A DNA stretch of 64,000 nt from an uncultured Nitrospirales bacterium (GTDB lineage: Bacteria > Nitrospirota > Nitrospiria > Nitrospirales > UBA8639). The notes beneath the pieces are model-generated. The model saw only the letters and a list, made by a program, of their open reading frames with translations. It had not been told where the DNA came from and did not search any database. Of this stretch, positions 39,161-48,866 are shown in pieces (position 1 is the stretch's first letter; each line of letters opens with the position of its first letter). Where the stretch lies: positions 2,705,499 to 2,769,498 of the forward strand of contig OY282373.1 in NCBI GenBank assembly GCA_958295805.1, in the 5' to 3' direction. The translations under genes and the position numbers were made by a program.

Positions 39161-39721
39161 ATGCCGCGCATCTTCGACAACATTGAACAGCATCTCCGAA
39201 CGGCCCTGGCCAAAACCATGGCGGTTTCCGACCGAGCATGGATGGACCGCGACGGCAAAAGTGTGACCGAAAGCCAGTTCGAGATTCTGCGGACAGCGGA
39301 ATGCCCGCCCGACGCGCCGGCACTGCCGCGTCACGAGACGCATCACAAACTGGTCAGCGAGGCGACAGAACACGTCGCCCGCGAAGAAAAACAAGTGGGA
39401 GGCCAACTCGGCCGCCCCTCCAGCGCCCGCTTCCGCGCGTATGAACGCCTCAAGCGTTACGCCGAAAGCGTCAAGGACACGCTGTTCGACACTGCGCCAC
39501 TCCATCGCGCCATTGACGACGTCTACCGCCACCCCCTGCGCCAAGCCGCGGTGGATACGTTAAACCGGCAACTGCGCAGCGGCGTCTCCGACGGGGCCCT
39601 TGCCGAGATGGTCATCGCACTCAGAGACGAAGACCGGCTCTGCATCGTACACGGAGAGGAGGAAGCCCAGGAACCGAAGATCATCTGTTCCATGGGCTTA
39701 ATTGGACGGGACGATAGTTGA
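39161..39721 (+). pseudogene. Short ORF, possibly a deletion remnant of a large PLD/helicase-type defence gene
   Basis: The N-terminal 26 aa ([26 protein letters not shown]) resemble, from memory, the start of PLD-domain helicase proteins. The similarity stops abruptly at SDRA. No Shine-Dalgarno sequence. The remainder has no recognisable catalytic motif. Could also be an intact small protein. Confidence 0.3.
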
Positions 39722-39897
39722 AACCCCGTGGGTGAGCAGAGACGACGCGGACTGCGTATATTCCCAAGGATTGAGCACGTCAACGCCCGTCGGCGCAAAG
39801 TCATCAGCGTTTCGAGTCACCACCGTCATCCCGTGAACGAATGCCGTGGCTGCGATGAGCATATCGCGATCCGGGCGTGGGTCGGCACCGGACGCGA
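39698..39897 (-). pseudogene. C-terminal fragment of a PIN-domain (VapC) toxin gene
   Basis: The translation DRDMLIAATAFVHGMTVVTRNADDFAPTGVDVLNPW is the conserved VapC C-terminal third. The N-terminal two thirds are missing and replaced by the 3' end of the SGNH gene. Confidence 0.55.
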
Positions 39898-41667
39898 TCA
39901 ACGGCCTTGTTCGCCCTCCACCGCGCCAACGGGGAACTCGACCTTCCATATCTGGCCGTCGTCGGGTGTGGACTGCCCTGTTCTGATGCGGGTGATGGGG
40001 TAGTCGGGGAGCGGACGCTTCGCAAGGCACTTGGCGCTAAAGACCAGAGCACCCATTGAGCCGTGGTTAGCGTAGTGGAAATCCAGATTGTCGAAGCCGT
40101 ACTGCCGGCGATCGGCCGGCAGGTCTGCCACGTCTTCCGGGACGACGTGCAGGAAGAACTGCGCTTGCACATCTGCCGCGCTGCACGGCGACTTGAGGTA
40201 AGTCACCGTATTCTCGCGAAGATAGATGTCGAAGTCGGAGCGGGCCACCGGTTCGCCGGACGCGACGGACTCATAGTCCGTCAGCCAGGAAGGAGGTGGC
40301 GGAGGCGCGGTCGGGCGCTTTCGCGTCGCGCAGATCTCCTGATTCTCCTTCAGGTATTCGAGCAGGGCTTCCGCCGCCCATTGATGGCCGGCCACGTTCC
40401 AGTGGCCGTCGTACGCCCACTGCGCATCCCTCCGGGGCTCGGCGCCCTGCCGGAGGATGTAGTCGTGCTGGTCGATGACGGGAATGCCTCGCGGTTCGGC
40501 CAGCGCGGTCAGGCGGTCGAATCCGAAGTCGCCTAGGTTGCGCATGTCGTGTGTGGACAGGATGACCAACGCGGCACCGTCGCGGTCCGCGCGTTCCCTG
40601 AACTGGTCCAGCGCGAAGGCCGTGAAGTCCAGGGCGTCCTCGTAGACGGGCGGCAAATCCTGTTCGTACATGAACCGATCATTGAGGCCATTGAGGCCAT
40701 CCCGCATCGTCGGCCGCCACCCATCAAGCAGCGCGGCGTAGCGAGGGGAGCGCCGGCTCAGCAGCGCCACCTGGGGCACCAGTTCGGGATCGGTGTCGTA
40801 CGAGGAAGAAGCGCGCCTCTTGGCATCCAGCCAGTTCGCGAAGAGAGACAATGCCGGTAGGTGGTCCATGGCGCGCGTATGCCAAGGTGCAGGTGGAGGA
40901 GGCACCGCGGCAAATCGGGACTCCCCGAGATAGGGCGGTCGCAGCGTAATGCTCCCATCCGCGCCTCGTGTCGCGGAAACCCTCTTGAGTCGGTCTGGGT
41001 CCTCTCCCCGGTACAATCCATCCAGGATCGGCGCATTGCTCATGAAGTCGTTGGAAACGAAGACGAGCACCAACAGAGCGGGACGCAGATACCGTGCGAA
41101 TTCGTCGTAGTACGCCAGTTGGTTGATTTGGCCGGTGCCGCTGACCCCGAACGCCGAGGTCGTGACGTCCAGATGGGGTAGTTCCTGGGTGGCGAGTGCC
41201 TCCAGCCGAACGTGAAATTTGTCGGCGATGGGAACCTGGAGCGCCTCCACAAAAGAATCGCCGATCATGGCGATGTGGCAGCTTGCCGCGGCGCGCTCGA
41301 GGCCGATGGGTTCGCGGTCCAGGAATCCCAGGCTGTTGGTTCGTGATTCAGTCCAGAAATCAAGGCCGTTCGTCCAACGCCCCTCCGCGTTGGGCATGAA
41401 AATACGCCCGACTCTTGAAGACCAAGCGTAGGGAGCGTTGCTCTCCCCGAAGGGCACCGTCAGCCGGAAGTACGCTTCACCGACGACTCCAATCAGCGCC
41501 AGGCCGCCCACGAGAAACAGCGCGTTCCAGCCGACCAGGCGCAGCGCACGGCGGATTCTTCTGGGGGGAGGGGGGTATTCGCCGCGCGTTCTCGTGCTAG
41601 ACATCGTGTGTTGTTCTCCTGTGGTCGTGGGTTGGCCGTCTGCATCATCGTTCCTGTACGTATTCAT
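39898..41667 (-). CDS. Membrane-anchored SGNH/GDSL-type hydrolase or acyl-transfer protein (AlgX/AlgJ-like)
   Basis: Start set at ATG 41667 (GGAGAG upstream). TM helix (LRLVGWNALFLVGGLALIGVV), block I IAMIGDSF, and a late DGHWN (DxxH) motif. Confidence 0.65.
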   Translation of the reverse strand: MNTYRNDDADGQPTTTGEQHTMSSTRTRGEYPPPPRRIRRALRLVGWNALFLVGGLALIGVVGEAYFRLTVPFGESNAPYAWSSRVGRIFMPNAEGRWTNGLDFWTESRTNSLGFLDREPIGLERAAASCHIAMIGDSFVEALQVPIADKFHVRLEALATQELPHLDVTTSAFGVSGTGQINQLAYYDEFARYLRPALLVLVFVSNDFMSNAPILDGLYRGEDPDRLKRVSATRGADGSITLRPPYLGESRFAAVPPPPAPWHTRAMDHLPALSLFANWLDAKRRASSSYDTDPELVPQVALLSRRSPRYAALLDGWRPTMRDGLNGLNDRFMYEQDLPPVYEDALDFTAFALDQFRERADRDGAALVILSTHDMRNLGDFGFDRLTALAEPRGIPVIDQHDYILRQGAEPRRDAQWAYDGHWNVAGHQWAAEALLEYLKENQEICATRKRPTAPPPPPSWLTDYESVASGEPVARSDFDIYLRENTVTYLKSPCSAADVQAQFFLHVVPEDVADLPADRRQYGFDNLDFHYANHGSMGALVFSAKCLAKRPLPDYPITRIRTGQSTPDDGQIWKVEFPVGAVEGEQGR

Positions 41668-41683
41668 TCGATCTCTCCGCCCG

Positions 41684-41949
41684 TCAGTCCGGCTCGAACG
41701 AACCCGCATACTCGCGCTTGAGCGAGGGGTACTGCTCCGCCTTGCGCAGAAAGCAGTTGCCGATGGCGAGGCAATCAATATCCGTGCCCAGGAAGCAGCG
41801 GAAGGCGTCCGTTGGGGTACAGACGATGGGCTCGCCGCGCACGTTGAAGCTGGTGTTCACGATGACCGGGCAGCCTGTCTTGGCTTTGAAGGCTTCCAGC
41901 AGCGCATGGTAGCAGGGGTTGGTTTCGCAGTCAACGGTCTGCACGCGGG
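41684..41949 (-). pseudogene. Carbamoyltransferase (NodU/CmcH family), C-terminal fragment
   Basis: The translation VQTVDCETNPCYHALLEAFKAKTGCPVIVNTSFNVRGEPIVCTPTDAFRCF is the conserved C-terminal block of the family. It is cut at 41949 by the IS. Confidence 0.8.
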
Positions 41950-43772
41950 TGTTAGAGCAAAGCGATAATGTCCCCTAATGAGCAAAGCTAAGATGTCCCC
42001 TTTGAGGAAGGGGGACAAGGGATGGCGAAGCCAGAAGAGGGGATGACCATGCGCGAGGTGGACCGGCTGGAAGTGATCCGGGAGGTCGTGGGGAAGCGGC
42101 TGGTGCAACGGGAAGCGGGGGAGCGGTTGAGGCTGAGTGTGCGGCAAGTGAAGCGGCTGGTGCGGCGCTACCGGGAGTTGGGGGCGAAGGGGCTGATTTC
42201 GGGGCATCGGGGGCGCAAGGCGAGCAACGCGATAGCGCCGGAGGTTCGGGCAGAGATCTTGGCGGTGGTGCGGGAGCGCTACGAAGATTTTTCACCGACC
42301 CTGGCCTGGGAGAAGCTGTGGGAGGGGCACGGCTACCGGGTGTCGGTGGAGACCTTGCGCAAGTGGATGGCGGCAGCGGGGCTGTGGCGGTCGAAGAAGC
42401 GCCGGGGGATGCGGGTGCATCACAGCCGTCCCCGGCGACAGGCCGTGGGCGAGTTGGTGCAGATCGACGGCTCGCCGCACCGATGGTTCGAGGAGCGGGG
42501 GCCGTCATGCACCCTGATCGTGTTCATCGACGACGCCACCAGCCGGCTCATGGCCCTGCGTTTCGTCGAGGCCGAGACCACCGAAGCCTACATGAGGACC
42601 CTGCGCGGGTATCTGGACCAGTACGGTCGTCCGGTGGCCATCTATTCGGACAAGCACAGCATCTTCCGGGTCACTCAACAGGACCGCGAGGGCGAACGGA
42701 CTCAGTTCACCCGGGCGCTTCAAACCCTGGACATCCAACCCATCCACGCCAACACCCCCCAGGCCAAGGGCCGGGTGGAACGGGCCAACGAGACCCTCCA
42801 GGACCGCTTGGTCAAGGAGTTGCGCCTTTGCGGCATCCACTCCATCAACGAGGCCAATGCCTTCGTGCCCAAGTACATGGCTGACCACAACCGCCGCTTC
42901 GCCCGCCCGCCCCACAACCCCCACGACGCCCACCGCCCAGTGCTGCACGACCCCGATTCCCTCAACCTCATCGTGAGCTGCCACTCCACCCGCAAGCTGA
43001 GCCGCAACCTCACCCTGAGATACCGCAACAGGGAATACCAAGTCTTGAACCAAGGCAGGGGCTACCGCCTGCGCTCAAGCCCCGTCACCGTGTGCGAGGA
43101 CTTCGACGGTCGCGTCACCCTGTTATGTCAGGGCCAGACCCTCGACTACCGCATCCTCGCCCAAGGCCCAACTCCCATCCCGGTGGACGACGAGAAGAGC
43201 CTCCACCGAACCGTCGACACCGCCCGTGGGCTCCAACGCAAACGCCCCAAGTACAAACCCTCCCCAGACCACCCCTGGAACCGCTGGAGACACCCCCCCT
43301 CCTCTCCTGTCTCGCACCCTCCCCGCTAACCCCCCGCCCCTCGGAGCGGAAGGGTTGGCCTCAGGGGCTTCCGGCGCCGCAGCCAAGGGAGGGGGACTGC
43401 AACCGCGTGAGCGGTTGCAACTCTGCGCTGCCTCAAACCCGCCCATGGCCCTGCGCCTGATCATCCACAGCCCCCTGGGGGTGGGTCAGCCTCCAGCCAC
43501 TCACCGCAGCGATCATCACCCGGCCCAAGCCGAACCGGGCCCCTCCAGGGGTATCTCCTCGACACCCTCTCCCTGTCTTGTCTTGACCGTTCCTGCCCCC
43601 CTTCGCGCGAGCGCGTGAAGCCTGTGGGCAACCGGCGGTCGGGGGGAGGCAGCGACGGGGTTGTCCACAGGCCACCCCACGACGCCCTTGGAGCACCAAC
43701 CTCCCATTCCAAAACCTCCCAAGGGGACATCTTCGCTTTGCTCAAAGGGGACATCTTGGCTTTGGGTTGACA
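41950..43772 (+). mobile_element. Single-ORF rve-transposase insertion sequence (ISNCY/IS1202-group-like), 1,823 bp
   Basis: Termini tgttagagcaaagcgataatgtcccc and tgtcaacccaaagccaagatgtcccc (reverse complement of the right end). Two (a)atgtcccc(t) subterminal repeats at each end. Perfect 15-bp direct repeat cggtctgcacgcggg at 41935-41949 and 43773-43787. Confidence 0.85.
42022..43329 (+). CDS. DDE (rve/integrase-core) transposase with N-terminal HTH
   Basis: 435 aa with MTMREVDRLEVIREVV...SVRQVKRLVRRYRELG (HTH), and IDGSPHRWFEERGP...FIDDATSRL...YSDKHSIF...TPQAKGRVERANETLQDRL (DDE core). No IstB-like helper ORF follows. Confidence 0.85.
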   Translation: MAKPEEGMTMREVDRLEVIREVVGKRLVQREAGERLRLSVRQVKRLVRRYRELGAKGLISGHRGRKASNAIAPEVRAEILAVVRERYEDFSPTLAWEKLWEGHGYRVSVETLRKWMAAAGLWRSKKRRGMRVHHSRPRRQAVGELVQIDGSPHRWFEERGPSCTLIVFIDDATSRLMALRFVEAETTEAYMRTLRGYLDQYGRPVAIYSDKHSIFRVTQQDREGERTQFTRALQTLDIQPIHANTPQAKGRVERANETLQDRLVKELRLCGIHSINEANAFVPKYMADHNRRFARPPHNPHDAHRPVLHDPDSLNLIVSCHSTRKLSRNLTLRYRNREYQVLNQGRGYRLRSSPVTVCEDFDGRVTLLCQGQTLDYRILAQGPTPIPVDDEKSLHRTVDTARGLQRKRPKYKPSPDHPWNRWRHPPSSPVSHPPR

Positions 43773-43917
43773 CGGTCTGCACGCGGGCGGAATAGTCCAC
43801 GTGGGTCCCGTAACAACCATCTTCCCACGATGCCCCGATGTGAGAGAAACACCATGCTTGACCCTTTTGCCTTACTGTATTAGTCTCCTTGGTAAGGAGA
43901 CCTGCCATGATCGTCAA
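43773..43917 (-). pseudogene. Carbamoyltransferase remnant upstream of the IS insertion
   Basis: ...GTHVDYSARVQT joins in frame to VDCETNP... once the IS and one copy of the 15-bp repeat are removed. The gene's N-terminal ~400 codons are absent. Confidence 0.6.
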
Positions 43918-44149
43918 AATTACGTCAAAGCGTCAGGTCACGTTTCCTGCGCGGGTATTGGACACGCTGGGGGTCGGCCCGGGCGACCAACTCGAACTGG
44001 AAGAGGGTTCTGACGGCTTCATTCTGCGGCCTCGGCGGATCGATCCGACTTTCATCCCGCCGCTACGGGACAAGATCGATCCTGACGCCGAACCGATTGA
44101 CATGGAGACGTTCCGAAGTCAGCCCTATGACCCTTCGCTACGGGATTGA
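43907..44149 (+). CDS. AbrB/MazE/SpoVT-type antitoxin (VapB-like)
   Basis: MIVKITSKRQVTFPARVLDTLGVGPGDQLELEE is the swapped-hairpin AbrB motif. RBS TAAGGAGA upstream. Confidence 0.8.
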   Translation: MIVKITSKRQVTFPARVLDTLGVGPGDQLELEEGSDGFILRPRRIDPTFIPPLRDKIDPDAEPIDMETFRSQPYDPSLRD

Positions 44150-44522
44150 CACATCCGTGCTTGTGCGGCTGCTGACCGGCAAACCTCCCGACGCGTTCTC
44201 TTATTGCGAAAAAGCACTGAGAACGTTGGCGGAAAGCGGGGCAGAAATTTTTGCATCGAATCAGGTCATTGGGGAAACCTACGTCACGGTCCAGCACCAT
44301 TATGGCGTGTCCAGAGCCGACGCCCGCGCCAGTCTGCTCTACGTGTTACGCAGTGGACTGGTTGCTCCCCTGAACGGGCACTCCGTTATCGCGGCACTTG
44401 AATCATCTGGCGGCCCGGGGCTGTTCGACCGCTTGATTGCCGACGAGTACTCCCGCGCCGGCATGGAAGTCCTCACGCTGGATCGCAAGATGACCACTCT
44501 GCCCGCAACAAGACGGCTTTAA
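44127..44522 (+). CDS. PIN-domain toxin (VapC-like)
   Basis: Start at MTLRYGIDTSVLVRLL overlaps the antitoxin end. Acidic PIN residues (IDTS, NQVIGET, DRLIA). Confidence 0.75.
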   Translation: MTLRYGIDTSVLVRLLTGKPPDAFSYCEKALRTLAESGAEIFASNQVIGETYVTVQHHYGVSRADARASLLYVLRSGLVAPLNGHSVIAALESSGGPGLFDRLIADEYSRAGMEVLTLDRKMTTLPATRRL

Positions 44523-44544
44523 CGGGAACGCCGGCGCTCTTTCC

Positions 44545-47500
44545 ATGCCCGCCAAGTTCGACAAAAACGCCGTAAGAAGCCACCTGGAGCATTTCGCGCT
44601 CCAAACCCTGTTCATCAAGGAACTCGGCTGGGACCACGGCGGCGCGGACACCGACGCCGCCGTAGGCAGCCAGACGTTTGCGCTGCACGCTATTGCCCAC
44701 AAACGCGGCATGGTCGCCTATCAATGTGTGGCAACATCCGACGACGCTTTCCCGGACCATCCCACCCGCCAGAAGATCGAGCGAATTGTTGCCAAAACCG
44801 TCCGCGAACATCTCATCGTGTACGCCACCCACGACCTGAACTCACAGTGCTGGCAATGGGTCAAGCGCGAGCCGGGCAGCCCGGACCGGACTCGCACACA
44901 CGTCTATAGCCGGGGGCAGTCGGGCGAAGCCTTGATCCAAAAACTGGAGCATCTTGTCTTCACCTCGGACGAGGAAGAAAACGTGACTCTTGTTGATGTG
45001 ACGGGCCGGGTCCGGACGGCCTTCGTGGAGAAAGTCACCAAGGGGTTCTACGACCGGTTCAAAAAGGAGCACTCTGCTTTTCTGACCTTCATTGATGGCA
45101 TCACGAACGTAGCTGACCGCGAATGGTACGCCTCACTGATGCTCAATCGCATGATGTTCATCTACTTCATCCAGAAGCGCGGCTTCCTTGACAACGACCC
45201 AAACTACCTGCGCAACCGCCTGGAACGGGTGCGACGGCAACAGGGGAACGGCAACTTCCACAGCTTCTACCGGCTGTTCCTGCTACGGCTGTTTCACGAG
45301 GGACTTGGCCAACCTGCGGCCGACCGCACCCCGGAATTGGCCACGTTGCTCGGCCGCGTGCCGTACCTCAACGGCGGCCTGTTCGACGTCCACGACCTGG
45401 AGCGCGACAACCTGAACATCCGCATCCCCGACGAAGCCTTCAAGCAAATCTTCGCGTTCTTCGACGCCTATCAGTGGCACCTTGACGACCGGCCGCTCCG
45501 CGATGACAACGAGATCAACCCCGACGTGCTGGGCTACATCTTCGAGAAATACATCAACCAGAAGCAGATGGGCGCCTACTACACCAAGGAGGACATCACC
45601 GGCTACATCAGCCGCAACACCGTCCTGCCGTTCCTGTTCGACCGAACAAAACAGGACTGTTCGATTGCCTTCAAGCCCGGCGGCGGAGTCTGGCGCCTGT
45701 TGGCGGATGACCCGGACCGGTATGTCTACGAAGCCGTCCGTCACGGCGTCACCTATGACGTTCACCAAAAGAAAGCTCTAGCCGAAAAGCGGGAACTGCC
45801 GCCCGAGATCGCCGCGGGGCTGAACGACGTGGCGCAACGCGGCGGTTGGAATCAGCCGGCCCCGCCCGAGTATGCCCTGCCGACCGAGACGTGGCGCGAG
45901 CACGTGGCCCGACGGCAACGCTATGAGGAAATCCGCGCCAAACTCGCCGCGGGCGAGGTCACGTCGATCAACGACCTCATCACCTACAATTTGGACATCG
46001 AACAATTCGCCTTGGATGTGATCGCGGGCAGCGAAGGCCTGGAACTGGTCCGCGCCTTCTGGAAGGCGATGCAGAGCGTCTCCATCCTTGACCCGACGTG
46101 CGGGTCCGGCGCGTTCCTGTTCGCCGCGCTCAACGTCCTGGAGCCGCCTGCCTGGACGCCATGCGTGGCTTCCTCAACGACCTGGAACACTCGAAACGCA
46201 AGTACCGCCCGGAAAAACTCAGCGACTTCCGCAACGTGCTGCACCAAGTCGAAGAACACGCCAGCGAACGCTACTTCGTCCTCAAGTCCATCATCATCAA
46301 CAACCTGTACGGCGTGGACATCATGGAAGAGGCGGTAGAAATCTGCAAACTCCGCCTGTTCCTCAAGCTCGTGGCGCAACTGGACACCTACGACCAGATC
46401 GAACCGCTGCCCGACGTCGACTTCAACGTCCGCGCCGGCAACACGCTGGTCGGCTTCACGTCACTGGAGGAAATACGGAAAGCCTTCACGATGACGGCTG
46501 GCGGTCAGCGCAGAATGCTGTACGCGGAAGACGAAAAAAAGCTGAGACGCATTGAAGAAGAGGCCGAACTCGCCGACCGTGCCTTTCATCAGTTCCGCGC
46601 CATGCAGACCAAGCGCGGCATGAACGCCGGCGCGTTCGCCAGCGCAAAGTCTGATCTACGGAAGCAACTTGATAATTTGCGGAACGAATTGGACGAATAT
46701 TTGTCCGGCGAATACGGCGCTAAAACCGACGACGAAACGGCTTACCAACAATGGCGCAACAGCCACCAGCCGTTTCACTGGTTCGTCGAGTTCTACGGGA
46801 TCATGCACAACGGCGGCTTTGACGTAGTCATCGGGAATCCGCCGTATGTGGAACTCTCTACGACAAACCGACAATATCGACCGAGGAATTTTCTTACTGA
46901 GACGTGCGGAAATCTTTATGCTCTTTGCACCGAGCGGGCATTTACATTGCTACACCAACGGGCTCGGTTCAGTTTTATTGTTCCCCTCAGCGTTCAGACA
47001 ACAGCTAGGATGAACAACCTGCAACAATTGTTTATTCAAGAGAAGCGGCACATCTATCTCAGCACGTTCGATGTGTATCCAAGCAAGCTGTTCGAAGGGG
47101 CGAAACAAAGAATCAGCCTGCTCATATCAACCGAACGCTTCGATAAATCTCGATTCTGGACTACATCCTACAATCGTTGGCGGCCAGAGGAAAGAAACAC
47201 ATTATTTTCAACCCTTCGATATTACCGATCATACTTGGACGAAAATTGTTGCGTGATTCCCAAACTTGGAAACAGGATTGTAGAACAAATTCTCCACAAA
47301 CTGAGCAAGTATGGTTCAGTGTCATACAAGCAAAACCCTGTGGCTCCATCATTCTACGTGCATCGAATTCCATATAACTACGTTAAGGCGTTTGATTTTG
47401 TCCCTTACTTTTGGAGTGAAATTGATGGTCGGAAAAAATCTGAGGACTACAAACCATATCAATTAGACCTGCAAGAGGTGACTGGTTCTTTGCTGGCCGT

Positions 47501-47870
47501 ACTCAACTCAAACCTTTTCTTTTGGTGGTGGTATTCGCTGTTTGAAGGATACCATTGTGGACGTCACGAGATTTTCTCGTTTCCAATCGGCATTCGGCAG
47601 ATGAAGGATGAGATTTGTGAAAATCTTGCTGCTTTCGCAGTGCAACTCATGAAAGATTACAAACAACATAGTGGACGAAAGACAGCCAACTACAAAGCAA
47701 AAGGCAAAGTCGAATACGACGAGTATTATCCCAGGAAATCTAAACCCATCATTGACGAAATCGACCGCGTGCTAGCCAAACACTACGGCTTCACGGACGA
47801 AGAGTTGGACTTCATCATCAACTACGACATCAAGTATCGGATGGGGCGGGAAGACTTGGATCGGGATTGA
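44545..47870 (+). pseudogene. Large gamma-class N6-adenine DNA methyltransferase (Eco57I/type IIG-like), copy 1, frameshifted
   Basis: Two overlapping track ORFs (44545..46338 and 46098..47870) together align end-to-end with the intact paralog at 52027-55353. Motif I is ILDPTCGSGAFL and motif IV is VIGNPPYV. The frame breaks at 46146/46147, where 10 nt present in copy 2 (atgtacgtcg) are missing. Confidence 0.85.
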
Positions 47871-47885
47871 CGGAAACTGACAGCC

Positions 47886-48374
47886 ATGGTCAAGAGAACG
47901 GTCTATATCGAAACATCTGTCGTATCCTACCTGACGGCTCGGCCTACGAGCGATTTGCTGGCGGCGGATTGGCAGAAAATCACGGTTGACTGGTGGGAGA
48001 CACGGAGAAATCAATTTGACCTCTATACGTCCGACGTCACGGTTGAAGAGGCCCGTCGGGGTAATCCTGATGCTGGGGCACGCCGTCTCGAAGCGTTGTC
48101 CGGCATTCCGATACTGCCGATCACACAGGCTGCTGTAGGGCTATCGAAGCAACTTTTTCAGGGCGGGGCGCTTCCAGCCAAAGCCGAAAACGATGCCCTG
48201 TACGTTGCCGTATCCGCGGTGCATGGGGTCGATTACTTATTGACTTGAAACTGCCGGCATCTCGATAATGCAGAGCGCAAGCCCATTGTACGGAAGGTTT
48301 GTGCGTTGCACGGGTATATCTGCCCTGAGATCTGTACCCCCCAAGAACTCATGGAAGAACTTGAATGTGTCTGA
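47886..48374 (+). pseudogene. PIN-like toxin-family gene interrupted by an in-frame TGA
   Basis: MVKRTVYIETSVVSYLTARPTSDLL...DALYVAVSAVHGVDYLLT*NCRHLDNAERKPIVRKVCALHGYICPEICTPQELMEEL. The stop at 48246-48248 sits where this family has a conserved Trp (LLTWNC), and the frame stays open to 48374. Confidence 0.65.
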
Positions 48375-48585
48375 CGAAATCATCGAGGAGTTGTGGCGAA
48401 TCAAAGACGAAATAGCCCGCGAACATGGATACGACGTCGGATCGCTCGCCGCCTATCTCCAAAGCAAGGAGCAGACGGAGGGACGGCAAGTGGTGGATTT
48501 GCAATCCCTGAAGAAGGCTGCCAGACAAGACGAATCGCCGCCACCCTCATGTTCCGGAGCTTTCCGGTCAAAGGGAAGTTCATGA
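48361..48585 (+). CDS. Small hypothetical protein (antitoxin-like partner of the PIN-like gene)
   Basis: Starts at TTG 48361 or GTG 48367 (MSDEIIEELWRIKDEIAREHGYD...). Overlaps the end of the PIN-like frame and overlaps the next gene by ATGA. Confidence 0.4.
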   Translation: MNVSDEIIEELWRIKDEIAREHGYDVGSLAAYLQSKEQTEGRQVVDLQSLKKAARQDESPPPSCSGAFRSKGSS

Positions 48586-48782
48586 AGCTGCGTGTTGCTC
48601 AAGAAGCTGACGCGCTCTACCTCCGCCTCGACGAGTCCGCCATCATCAACTCCGAAGAAGTTTCGCCGGGCGTCGTACTCGACTACAACGATGCAAACGA
48701 AGTGGTCGGCATAGAACTGCTCCACCTCTCGAAACGCTCCTCCACGCTCAACCTCTCTGCCCTGCAATTTGAAACGACGTAA
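48582..48782 (+). CDS. DUF2283-family small protein
   Basis: MKLRVAQEADALYLRLDESAIINSEEVSPGVVLDYNDANEVVGIELLHLSKR matches the DUF2283 pattern (ADALYIRL...GVILDYD...VGIEIL). Confidence 0.75.
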   Translation: MKLRVAQEADALYLRLDESAIINSEEVSPGVVLDYNDANEVVGIELLHLSKRSSTLNLSALQFETT

Positions 48783-48866
48783 CCGCCAGAACCCCATTCA
48801 CTTCTGACAGGCCGGGGCCGTGCGGCTTCCTACGGAGTTCGTCTGCGGGATTCGTCGGGTCAAAAA

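Noticed and set aside
41950-43772. Initial reading of this element as IS21 family, because of multiple subterminal repeats and TG ends
   Set aside because: There is no IstB ATPase ORF after the transposase, and the 15-bp duplication is longer than the 4-8 bp typical of IS21. A single rve transposase fits the ISNCY/IS1202 group better.
46098-47870. The second methylase ORF taken as an independent 590-aa gene
   Set aside because: Its first ~16 codons are out-of-frame translation of the upstream ORF. It lacks motif I and aligns to the middle of the intact paralog, so it is the downstream part of a frameshifted gene.
48246-48248. TGA read as Trp or selenocysteine (alternative genetic code or recoding)
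   Set aside because: TGA functions as a normal stop in many confident genes in the window. No SECIS-like hairpin follows this codon.
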